A DNA stretch of 64,000 nt from an uncultured Chitinophagaceae bacterium (GTDB taxonomy: Bacteria > Bacteroidota > Bacteroidia > Chitinophagales > CAIOSU01), in the NCBI GenBank assembly GCA_964502525.1, contig CAZCXH010000002.1, positions 28,031 through 92,030 on the forward strand, written 5' to 3'. The notes below the pieces were generated by a model. The model saw nothing but the letters and a program-made list of their open reading frames with translations. It had not been told where the DNA came from and made no database searches. A program made the translations under genes and the position numbers. Of the stretch, positions 47,349 through 54,960 are shown one piece after another (the first letter of the stretch is position 1; the number at the start of each line of letters is the position of its first letter).

Positions 47349-47417
47349 GGTCGTTTACGGTTTACACGTTTACTGTTTACATGTTGCTAAAACCTTAAAC
47401 ATGTAAACCGTAAACCG
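47349..47417. repeat. tandem-word hairpin, GTTTACR family, copy 3 (divergent promoter region)
   Basis: CGTTTACGGTTTACACGTTTACTGTTTACATGTT ... AACATGTAAACCGTAAACCG. Confidence 0.85.
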
Positions 47418-47446
47418 AGTCAGCCAAGTTATTTATTTTTCGCCAG

Positions 47447-47893
47447 ATGAAAATTATCAGGATTGAAAGCATGGGGGAAAAGTTTAAGTCGCTTGCGGGC
47501 GCAAAGTCATTGTTCGATGTCGTCAGGAAGAAGCATGTTGCCGCCACTCCTGAGGAAAAGATACGGCAGTTGATGATCCAGTATTTGATCGAAAAGAAAA
47601 ACTTCCCGCGCTCATTGCTTGGCATAGAGGTTTCTCTTTCCATCAATCGCCTTGCCAGGCGATGCGATATAGTCGCTTACAAAAACAGTTTGCCGGTGAT
47701 GATTGCGGAGTGCAAAGCGCCATCCATTAAAATTGACCAGTCGGTTTTCGAACAAGCATCGCGGTATAATCTGGCGTTAAGAGTTCCCTACCTGCTGGCG
47801 ACAAACGGTGGGGTAACGCTATGCTGCAAAGTTGATTTGAAGGAGAGCAGTTTTGAGTTTTTGGAGGAGATACCGGAATACCAACAACTTTAA
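47447..47893 (+). CDS. type I restriction enzyme HsdR N-terminal-domain-like small protein
   Basis: 148 aa with a PD-(D/E)xK-like core (RCDIVAY...IAECKAP). It is commonly found divergent from holA in Bacteroidota. Confidence 0.65.
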   Translation: MKIIRIESMGEKFKSLAGAKSLFDVVRKKHVAATPEEKIRQLMIQYLIEKKNFPRSLLGIEVSLSINRLARRCDIVAYKNSLPVMIAECKAPSIKIDQSVFEQASRYNLALRVPYLLATNGGVTLCCKVDLKESSFEFLEEIPEYQQL

Positions 47894-47909
47894 ACTTTAA
47901 ACTCCAAAT

Positions 47910-48039
47910 GGCTTTGTTGCATGAATAACTTCAATACTGATAAGGGTTTCGGAAGTTTTCAAGTTGTTTTTTCGTTAAATTTCGACATCAAAAATCTTGA
48001 AACGCCTGTAAAATCAGGGTTTATTCGTGCAACAAAGCC
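47910..48039. repeat. 130-nt element with 19-bp terminal inverted repeats between convergent genes
   Basis: GGCTTTGTTGCATGAATAA (47910-47928) pairs with TTATTCGTGCAACAAAGCC (48021-48039) with 1 mismatch. There is an inner GTTTTCAAG / CTTGAAAC stem. Confidence 0.7.
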
Positions 48040-48058
48040 ACTCCAAACTCTAAACTTC

Positions 48059-49495
48059 TCAAGGGAAAATCCCCAGCGCCATATAATCATCGGCCACTTT
48101 GTTGATGGCGCAGACGAACGCAGCGGTGCGCAGGTCTTTGATGTCTTTGCTGCGCAGCCATATCTCGCGAATCTGGCGATAGGCGAAAATCATGGTTTCT
48201 TCCAACCCCGAATTCACGAGATCAATTTCTTCCGCCCCTCGCGCGATGATTGATTTCTCTTTTGCGGAAACACTTTTCTTGGTAAGGCGCTCCACCAATT
48301 CAATCACACCGGTCATAGAAGATTCGTCAAAGCGCTTTTGCATCCTGCCGAAACGAACATGCGACAGGTTTTTCAGCCATTCAAAGTACGAAACGGTGAC
48401 ACCGCCCGCGTTCAAATAAATATCGGGTATTATAAATACACCGTGCTTCAGCAATTTTCTTTCAGCCTCAGGATTGATAGGTCCGTTGGCGCCTTCCGCA
48501 ATGATTTTTGCTTTTATTTCATCCACGTTGCCCTCATGGATCTGGTTTTCCAGCGCAGCGGGAACAAGGATGTCGCATTCCAGTTCAAGCGCGTCATATT
48601 TATCCTTCATGTTGATGGCGCCTTCAAAATCCATGATGGAGCCTGTTTCCTGCCGGTGCTTGTAAAGCTTGTTGATGTCAATTCCATTCTGGTCATAAAT
48701 AGCCCCTTCCACCTCCGAGATGGCGATGATTTTTGCGCCCTCTTCAAAAAGGAACTTCGCGCAGTAATAGCCCACGTTGCCGAAACCCTGCACCACAATG
48801 GTTTTTCCCTCGATGCCCGGCTCAAGGCCCAATTCAGCCATGTCATCCTTATAGCTTAACGCTTCCTTCATCCCGTACATAATGCCCTTGCCGGTTGCCT
48901 CCTTCCTTCCGCGGATGCCGTTCTGGCTCACCGGCTTGCCGGTGACGCAGGCGTAGCCGTCAAGGTTTCCGGGATTGTATGACATATAAGTGTCGAGTAT
49001 CCACGCCATTTCGCGCTCTCCCGAACCGTAGTCGGGCGCGGGCACGTCAATGCCGGGTCCGATAAAATTTTTCTTAATCAATTCGGCAGTGTATCTCCGC
49101 ACGATTCTCTGCAGTTGCTGCTGCGTCACTTTGCGCGGGCTGATTTTGATGCCGCCTTTTGCTCCGCCAAACGGCACGTCAACGATGGCGCACTTGTAGG
49201 TCATGAGCGCAGCGAGCGCCATCACTTCGTCCTGCGTCACCATGGAACTGATGCGGATGCCGCCCTTGGTAGGAACGCGGTGGTGGCTGTGCTGCGCGCG
49301 ATATGCTTCCACCACCTGATACTCATTGCCAATCTTCACCGGGTATCGCATGCGGTAAACGCTGTTGCAGGCTTTGATCTGCTCCAGCAAGCCTTTTGGC
49401 ACTTTCGTGTGTTCAGCGGCTTTATCGAAGTAGTTGTTTACGCCCTGGAAAAAACTGAACTCGGCTTTTGCTTTTTCTTTTTTATCAGCAATCAT
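48059..49495 (-). CDS. Glu/Leu/Phe/Val dehydrogenase family, glutamate dehydrogenase-like
   Basis: The catalytic-lysine motif PFGGAKGGIKI and the NAD(P) Rossmann motif VQGFGNVG are present. Confidence 0.9.
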   Translation of the reverse strand: MIADKKEKAKAEFSFFQGVNNYFDKAAEHTKVPKGLLEQIKACNSVYRMRYPVKIGNEYQVVEAYRAQHSHHRVPTKGGIRISSMVTQDEVMALAALMTYKCAIVDVPFGGAKGGIKISPRKVTQQQLQRIVRRYTAELIKKNFIGPGIDVPAPDYGSGEREMAWILDTYMSYNPGNLDGYACVTGKPVSQNGIRGRKEATGKGIMYGMKEALSYKDDMAELGLEPGIEGKTIVVQGFGNVGYYCAKFLFEEGAKIIAISEVEGAIYDQNGIDINKLYKHRQETGSIMDFEGAINMKDKYDALELECDILVPAALENQIHEGNVDEIKAKIIAEGANGPINPEAERKLLKHGVFIIPDIYLNAGGVTVSYFEWLKNLSHVRFGRMQKRFDESSMTGVIELVERLTKKSVSAKEKSIIARGAEEIDLVNSGLEETMIFAYRQIREIWLRSKDIKDLRTAAFVCAINKVADDYMALGIFP

Positions 49496-49554
49496 AGGGA
49501 TAGGGATTTGTCAATTGGTTTATGGGCAGTTCCAAAAATTGCTCTTTTTATCGC

Positions 49555-49601
49555 CTCATCCTTTCCCTCTCCAGAAGGAGAGGGCGTAAGCGGTAGAATT
49601 T
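49555..49601 (+). repeat. CCCTCTCC hairpin element with AATTTTTAGAACTGC tail
   Basis: CCCTCTCC-AGAA-GGAGAGGG is followed by CGTAAGCGGTAGAATTTTTAGAACTGC. Confidence 0.75.
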
Positions 49602-49661
49602 TTAGAACTGCTCTTATGGGAAATTTTGATTCTGTTTGCGGCATATTTGCTGATGTCCTCA

Positions 49662-49853
49662 TCACATCTTTTTTTCCAAACGGCTTATTTTTCTCTCCAG
49701 AATGAAAAGGAATATAAAAATTAATATAAGAATCGTCAGCAGCACACCCAGCACCACATGTATTTTGCCCGTGGTCCACAGCGTTTCCGCTTCCGCTGCC
49801 ATTGCCGGCACCATCATTGCCAGGAAAATTAATATGCTAAACAACGCTTTCAT
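49662..49853 (-). CDS. CcmD-like small membrane protein
   Basis: 63 aa from the Met at 49853, with a signal-like N-terminus, one TM helix and a basic tail (ERKISRLEKKM). It lies immediately after the ccmC stop. Confidence 0.55.
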   Translation of the reverse strand: MKALFSILIFLAMMVPAMAAEAETLWTTGKIHVVLGVLLTILILIFIFLFILERKISRLEKKM

Positions 49854-49854
49854 A

Positions 49855-50916
49855 TCAGTTGTGCATTTTTTCAGATTGAATTTGCGACAATGACCTGTAC
49901 CGCGCAGCAAGCGACAGCATCCACGATCCGAGAAAAATAAATCCCAGCACCGCTGAATAAAAAACAGGTCTCATTTTATCATCGAGGTCATAGGTTTTGA
50001 AAGCCGGATTGCCTCCGCTGCCGGGATGCAGCGTATCGGTGAGGCGCGGAACCACAAAGATGAACACAATAAAAATCACGAAAGCGAACACATTATAAAC
50101 AGCCGACACCTTGGCGCGCGCCCGGCTGTCGGTCAGCGAACCGCGCAGGATGAAATATGCGAAATAAATCAGCATGCCCAGAGCGGCTCCGTTCAGCTTG
50201 GGATCATTCACCCAGGGAGCGCCCCATGTGAAATTCGCCCATTGCATGCCGGTAAGGATTCCGAGCGCTCCAAAGAAAATGCCCACGCCCGCTGCCGTTG
50301 AGCCAATCAGATCATATTGCTGATTGCTCTTTGACAGAAAGAATATGCCGCACACAAACGAAACCAGCATCAGGAAAATCATCGTGAACCACATGGGCAC
50401 GTGAAAAAAGAGGTTGCGGATAGATTCGTACAAAATTTCACGGTAAGGAAAAGTCATTCCTGCAGCGGGAACAACTTCCAATATTGTGGTGCATCGCAAA
50501 CTGATACCCTTTACCGTGTCGGTTCTACCGATGGAGAAGGCGTTGTTGAGGAAAAAGGTGCCGTCCTTTTCATTATAAATAATCAGGCTGTAAAAATCCT
50601 GCTTGTTGTCGGTTCGCAGGTCGCCCGGGATGCCGAATTCAACATTGAGATGCTTTTCATTAATTACGGTCACGAAATTGTTGCAGATGAGGTTGTTCTC
50701 ATTTTTCAGCACCACGTTGAGCGACTGGTCGTCTTCGTTGAAGTGTGTGTTATAGCAAACGATGTCGAGCGAAATGGTTGCCCCACGGTCGGTATGAACA
50801 GGGTTAATGCTGACAATGCCGGGACCCAGCGGGATGAGCATCCCGGCTGTGAGCGCATAAACCAACAAAGGAATACTGAGGAATTTCCACCACCTCTGTC
50901 GGAGAAGACTCATCAT
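49855..50916 (-). CDS. ccmC: CcmC-like heme exporter / cytochrome c assembly protein with about 130-aa N-terminal periplasmic extension
   Basis: The Trp-rich motif WGAPWVNDPKL lies in a TM core. A beta-rich domain is inserted after the first TM helix. Confidence 0.8.
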   Translation of the reverse strand: MMSLLRQRWWKFLSIPLLVYALTAGMLIPLGPGIVSINPVHTDRGATISLDIVCYNTHFNEDDQSLNVVLKNENNLICNNFVTVINEKHLNVEFGIPGDLRTDNKQDFYSLIIYNEKDGTFFLNNAFSIGRTDTVKGISLRCTTILEVVPAAGMTFPYREILYESIRNLFFHVPMWFTMIFLMLVSFVCGIFFLSKSNQQYDLIGSTAAGVGIFFGALGILTGMQWANFTWGAPWVNDPKLNGAALGMLIYFAYFILRGSLTDSRARAKVSAVYNVFAFVIFIVFIFVVPRLTDTLHPGSGGNPAFKTYDLDDKMRPVFYSAVLGFIFLGSWMLSLAARYRSLSQIQSEKMHN

Positions 50917-50919
50917 GCG

Positions 50920-51594
50920 TTAATCGCGCCAAAGATAGGGAAATAAAATGTACGACAGCGAGACGAGCATCACGTCAAACGCGAGCAGAACGGCAATATC
51001 TTTTGCAACACCATTCAGTGTCGTATCAACGAAAAAGGCGCTGCCGGCAAATTTCATCAGCACAAGGATAAACACCAATATGACCGGCAGGCTGAGGATG
51101 GGCATCAGCGTGGCGTTGTTATCGGCTTTGGAGGCGATGGACGAGACAAGCGTTAGCAGGAACGAAAAGCCGCTGCCGCCCAGCGCCAGCGCGATGAGGA
51201 ACACCGCAAAGTTTTTCACCGGAGCGCCCAGCATCACAAAAAACACTGCCGATGCGATTACCGCTAAAACAAGCATCAGCAGCATGTTGTAAAGCATCTT
51301 CGCAAGGATGATGGATTGCGGGCGCACCAGCGTGTAATAATAAAGCAGCCGCTCGCGGCTCTCCTGCGTGAAGCTTTTGGCGATGGCATTCACCGCAGTG
51401 AAAACCATCGTGAGCCAAAACAGCACATTCCACCAACGGTAATTCACCATGCCCAGCGCCTGTTCGCTGTTGAGGATGGAGTAGATGACAAACACGGTAG
51501 CCACCACATAAAGCAGGATGCCCCCAACAGCATAGCGCATGCGCCATTCGAGCAATACATCCTTTTTCACCAGCAGCAGTATTTCGCGGAGCAT
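50920..51594 (-). CDS. ccmB: heme exporter protein CcmB-like ABC permease
   Basis: 224 aa with 6 TM helices and the CcmB-like N-terminus LLVKKDVLLEWR. Confidence 0.8.
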   Translation of the reverse strand: MLREILLLVKKDVLLEWRMRYAVGGILLYVVATVFVIYSILNSEQALGMVNYRWWNVLFWLTMVFTAVNAIAKSFTQESRERLLYYYTLVRPQSIILAKMLYNMLLMLVLAVIASAVFFVMLGAPVKNFAVFLIALALGGSGFSFLLTLVSSIASKADNNATLMPILSLPVILVFILVLMKFAGSAFFVDTTLNGVAKDIAVLLAFDVMLVSLSYILFPYLWRD

Positions 51595-51734
51595 GGGGGA
51601 AAGTTACAAAAGGGGATTTTGATTATGTCATATACTCTCATCTATTACAGAGCAGTAGCCTCCGGGTATTATTTATTTAAAGAACCAATTCGCCAGGATG
51701 AGCAGAACACTCCCCTCAGTCTTTTCCCCGGCTA

Positions 51735-51876
51735 TGGCGCAAGCGTCCGCGCTTGTGTCCATCATCCTGAAGCGTCCGCTTACCCAGCTCTGGCGCGGGC
51801 GTCCGCCCGTGTCCAGTTATTTACAAGCGTCCGCTTTTATTTGTCGCACCAGCGGGAAGCTGGCGCGAGGTGAGGG
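51735..51876 (+). repeat. 142-nt GC-rich multi-hairpin direct repeat, copy A (a further partial unit lies at 51889-51917)
   Basis: It aligns to 52572-52714 with about 6 differences, all substitutions being transitions. Confidence 0.9.
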
Positions 51877-51944
51877 GAACCCTTAAACTGGCGCAAGCGT
51901 GCGCGCTTGTGCCCATCCCTCCCTTGGGGGAGGTTGTAGGGTAA

Positions 51945-52110
51945 GTTTGAACCTTAAATCCGCAAACTATTTGAAATGACAGGTCTCCCGCTGATTTCGC
52001 TGATTCAAGCAGATGAATGTTAGAAAAGAATATTTTCTGCGGAAATCTGCGGTATCTGCAGGAAATTGATTGTTCATGGAATTTGAGTTTGCGGAATTTA
52101 GGTTGAAGCT
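51945..52110. repeat. imperfect about 32-nt inverted repeats enclosing CTGATTTCGCTGATT / CTGCGGAAATCTGCGG words
   Basis: GTTTGAACCTTAAATCCGCAAACT... pairs with ...AGTTTGCGGAATTTAGGTTGAAGC. Similar CTGCGRAAAATCAGCG words occur at 3502-3517 and 26572-26587. Confidence 0.6.
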
Positions 52111-52141
52111 AAAACCTCCGGAGTCGCGCAGAGGTTTTTTT
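52111..52141 (+). terminator. intrinsic-terminator-like hairpin with T-run
   Basis: AAAACCTC-CGGAGTCGCGCA-GAGGTTTT is followed by TTT. Confidence 0.4.
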
Positions 52142-52220
52142 GCGCATCACAAAACCGGAAGCGTTTTTGCTTGTGAAACTTTACTTCGTTGTAAGGGTTT
52201 GTTATCTTTGAAGGAAATCT

Positions 52221-52508
52221 TTGGACATGGTAGTTTCAGAAATCACCTTATTCAATGTATTAAGGGAAAAATTTGGGGAACAGACCGCCCAGAGTGTGAT
52301 TGAGGGCATCCGTTCATCCGTAAAAACGGAATTTGAAAATCAAAAAGACATTCTGGCGAGCAAAGAATTGGTGAAGGATGAAATTCACCGGCTGGAAATT
52401 AAAATCGAAAAATCAGATATACAGACATCCATTTACATTGTCGGTTTGATTCAATATCTCGCCATCCTTGGTTCGTTGGTTGCCTTGATTAAGTTTGTGA
52501 TGAATTAG
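52221..52508 (+). CDS. small coiled-coil protein with C-terminal TM anchor (DUF1640-like), hypothetical
   Basis: The 95-aa ORF (ATG at 52227) has a heptad-like charged middle and a hydrophobic tail IYIVGLIQYLAILGSLVALI. Confidence 0.45.
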   Translation: MDMVVSEITLFNVLREKFGEQTAQSVIEGIRSSVKTEFENQKDILASKELVKDEIHRLEIKIEKSDIQTSIYIVGLIQYLAILGSLVALIKFVMN

Positions 52509-52571
52509 ACCTTTTGTATCTTCCTGCAATCAGCCAAGGCCTGCAACTGCATATTCATCTACCCCTCAAAC

Positions 52572-52714
52572 TGGCGCAAGCGTCCGTGCTTGTGCCCATC
52601 ATCTTGAAGCGTCCGCTTACCCCAACTCTGGCGCGGGCGTCCGCCCGTGTCCAGCTATTTACAAGCGTCCGCTTTTATTTGTCGCACCAGCGGGAAGCTG
52701 GCGCGAGGTGAGGG
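52572..52714 (+). repeat. 143-nt GC-rich multi-hairpin direct repeat, copy B
   Basis: See copy A. It contains the GGCGCAAGCG-TCCG-YGCTTGTGYCC and GGCGCGGGC-GTCC-GCCCGTGTCC hairpins. Confidence 0.9.
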
Positions 52715-52840
52715 TTGAGGGGATTCTTCGCTACGCTCAGAATGACGCTTTGATTAAGCCAATAGATACCGCTGAACTTCTGGCAAGGTCGCTACCAAAC
52801 AGAGCCGCTGAAGAAACGAAGTCAGTACGCGCCAAAACCA

Positions 52841-52950
52841 ATTCGGTGATTCGGTAATTCGATGATTCGATAATGAAATACACCATCGAATTATCAAATT
52901 ATCGAATCATCACATCACCGAATCATCGAATCACCGAATTATCGAATTAC
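52841..52950. repeat. tandem-word hairpin, ATTCGRTR family (4 left units, 8 right units)
   Basis: The left arm is ATTCGGTG ATTCGGTA ATTCGATG ATTCGATA. The right arm has eight YAYCRAAT units and runs into the TACTTTTG box. Confidence 0.9.
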
Positions 52951-52955
52951 TTTTG
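52948..52955 (+). promoter_or_regulatory. -7 box TACTTTTG at the flavoprotein gene start
   Basis: Exact TAnnTTTG match. It overlaps the TTG at 52953, so the real start may be the GTG at 52962. Confidence 0.4.
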
Positions 52956-54233
52956 CGGAGCGTGCCTAAAAAAATCAAACAGGTAGCCATCATCGGGGGC
53001 GGTCCCTCGGGGTGCACCACGGCAATCAAGGTGGCGCGGCAGGGCAAGAAGGTCGCCATCTTCGACACCGGCAAGCGCCCCGACCTCATCGTGGGCGAGT
53101 CGCTCATCCCTGCCGTGATGCCCATCATCCGCGACCTGGGCGTGGAGGACGACATCAAGGGCTTCAGCGTGGTGAAGCCGGGCGCCTCGGTGTGGATGTC
53201 CGATGCCGAAGAGGCGACAGGACACTATACGCGGGCTGGCGGAAACTTGCCCACGTATGCCTACCAGGTGCCGCGCGGCCAGTTCGATGAGGTGCTGCTG
53301 AGGGCTGCCGAAAAAGAAGGCGTGAAGATTTTCAAGCTGCGCGCCAAAGTGGAGCGCGTGGGCAACACCGACCGCGTACGCCTTGCCGGTGAGACGCTCG
53401 CTGAAACCGAGGGCTTCTTCGATGGCGAGCCTGACTTCATCGTTGACTCCACCGGCAGAACGCGGATGTTCTCCAATCTGCTGGATGTAACCGCGAAAGA
53501 GGGTTCCCGCAAGGATTTTGCGCTCTTTGCCCATGTGAACCAGGCATCCATGAGCCCTGACGGGCATGTGCACATGCACCGCTGCGAGCACGGCTGGTCA
53601 TGGCGCATCCCGCTGCACAACCGCATTTCGGTGGGCGTGGTGGCAAGCCCGCAGCACCTGGAGAAATATGGCGCCACCATCGAGGAGCAGTATGACAATT
53701 TTATCAAACATGAAAAGGGCATCAGCAAATTCACCGCCAGTTCGGTGAGAGTGTCGAAAGTGATGAAGTATAATAATTATCAATTGATTTCCGACCGCAT
53801 GGCGGGCGACAACTGGGCGATGGCGGGTGATGCGGCAGGATTCATTGATCCGGTGTTTTCATCCGGTGTGTACCTTGCGATGAAAAGCGGTGTGGAGCTG
53901 GCAAGGGCGCTGGAAGCCGGCACTCCGGAAGCGATGATGCGCTATGAACGCATCTGGCGCAGGGAACTCAAGCTGTGGCAGCGCATGGTGAACACCTGGT
54001 ACAACGGCAGGCTGTTCACACTCTTCCGCGTGGGGCAGGATATGATGGGCAACTTTGTGGGTCGCGCCATCGAGCCGCACATGGCAAGCCAACTGATACA
54101 GATATTCACGGGTGGAGCCAACGACAGCGCCTACTGCCGCAACTTCCTGCGCTTCGTCACCGGCCCGCTGCTCGACTTCATGAACAACACGCGGATGACC
54201 AAGCGCCACCACAGCGAGCTGACGATTAACTGA
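52953..54233 (+). CDS. FAD-dependent oxidoreductase, flavin-halogenase-like (alternatively geranylgeranyl-reductase-like)
   Basis: The N-terminal dinucleotide motif IIGGGPSG and a WxWxIP-type motif GWSWRIPL are present. GC is much higher than in neighbouring genes. Confidence 0.8.
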   Translation: MRSVPKKIKQVAIIGGGPSGCTTAIKVARQGKKVAIFDTGKRPDLIVGESLIPAVMPIIRDLGVEDDIKGFSVVKPGASVWMSDAEEATGHYTRAGGNLPTYAYQVPRGQFDEVLLRAAEKEGVKIFKLRAKVERVGNTDRVRLAGETLAETEGFFDGEPDFIVDSTGRTRMFSNLLDVTAKEGSRKDFALFAHVNQASMSPDGHVHMHRCEHGWSWRIPLHNRISVGVVASPQHLEKYGATIEEQYDNFIKHEKGISKFTASSVRVSKVMKYNNYQLISDRMAGDNWAMAGDAAGFIDPVFSSGVYLAMKSGVELARALEAGTPEAMMRYERIWRRELKLWQRMVNTWYNGRLFTLFRVGQDMMGNFVGRAIEPHMASQLIQIFTGGANDSAYCRNFLRFVTGPLLDFMNNTRMTKRHHSELTIN

Positions 54234-54236
54234 GGA

Positions 54237-54938
54237 ATGTCACTAATTCGAATTTTTGCAATCATGATGCTGTGCTTTTCGTCATCGGCTTTGGCTTTGT
54301 GCCAAACGGGAGAGACGCTGAGCGGAGACAAATCAGCGGAAATCGCCAAACGGGAAATCAGCAAGTTGAAGAATGGTGTGCTGCTGGTTCGACTGATGAC
54401 AAAATCAAAATCCATAGATGCTTTGCGGGCGCGAGGCGACAACTACACCGCTGATAAGATTCAGCAAAAACAGAATGAGCTCAACACGAGGATAGTTGTG
54501 GCTTTCAGGATAGAGTTTGACTTTTGCCCGGTTTATTTTTTCTACAGCGACTACACGCAGCAAGTGAAAGACAAGCAGCTTGACAACGTGGTCTTCGTTA
54601 ACGACAGCCTCCAGCCGGATTCTTCCATCCGGTTAAACAATGAAAATTTCCTGATTGCCGAGTTCGGAACCGTGATGCAGGAATCGGGGAAACATCGCGA
54701 TGGATATTATTATTATAAAGATAAAGAAAGCGACAGCCTTGCCCGATCTGATTATTATTCAGCCCAATCCGAGTTTCCAGCTTTGGTCATCAGGAACGAC
54801 CGGTTCATCCCGATGCGCTTCTGGCTCTTTCCTTATTACGTCCGTACGCTTGCAGGCATTCGGAACGAGCAAAGCGCAGTGGGTATCATGAACAAAAAGT
54901 TGCTGAAGTTTTACGAAACCCACGGCAAGGGAGAATAG
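54237..54938 (+). CDS. secreted hypothetical protein
   Basis: It has a signal peptide (MLCFSSSALALC) and starts 3 nt after the upstream stop. No motif was recognised. Confidence 0.55.
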   Translation: MSLIRIFAIMMLCFSSSALALCQTGETLSGDKSAEIAKREISKLKNGVLLVRLMTKSKSIDALRARGDNYTADKIQQKQNELNTRIVVAFRIEFDFCPVYFFYSDYTQQVKDKQLDNVVFVNDSLQPDSSIRLNNENFLIAEFGTVMQESGKHRDGYYYYKDKESDSLARSDYYSAQSEFPALVIRNDRFIPMRFWLFPYYVRTLAGIRNEQSAVGIMNKKLLKFYETHGKGE

Positions 54939-54960
54939 CGTTTCCGCTATTTTTGCGCCC

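Noticed and set aside
51698-51886. A 62-aa ORF and its counterpart at 52514-52711 lie across the 142-nt direct repeats.
   Set aside because: The two DNA copies are about 96% identical, but an indel shifts the frame. The predicted peptides therefore diverge after about 25 residues, so conservation is at the nucleotide/structure level, not the protein level.
51594-52221. Search for ccmA or another gene upstream of ccmB.
   Set aside because: Only short ORFs made of repeat sequence are present, with no Walker A/B motifs in any frame that I could see.
52947-53591. A 214-aa ORF and other antisense ORFs lie within the flavoprotein gene.
   Set aside because: They are a consequence of the high GC content of this gene. 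The plus-strand frame has the FAD-binding and WxWxIP motifs.
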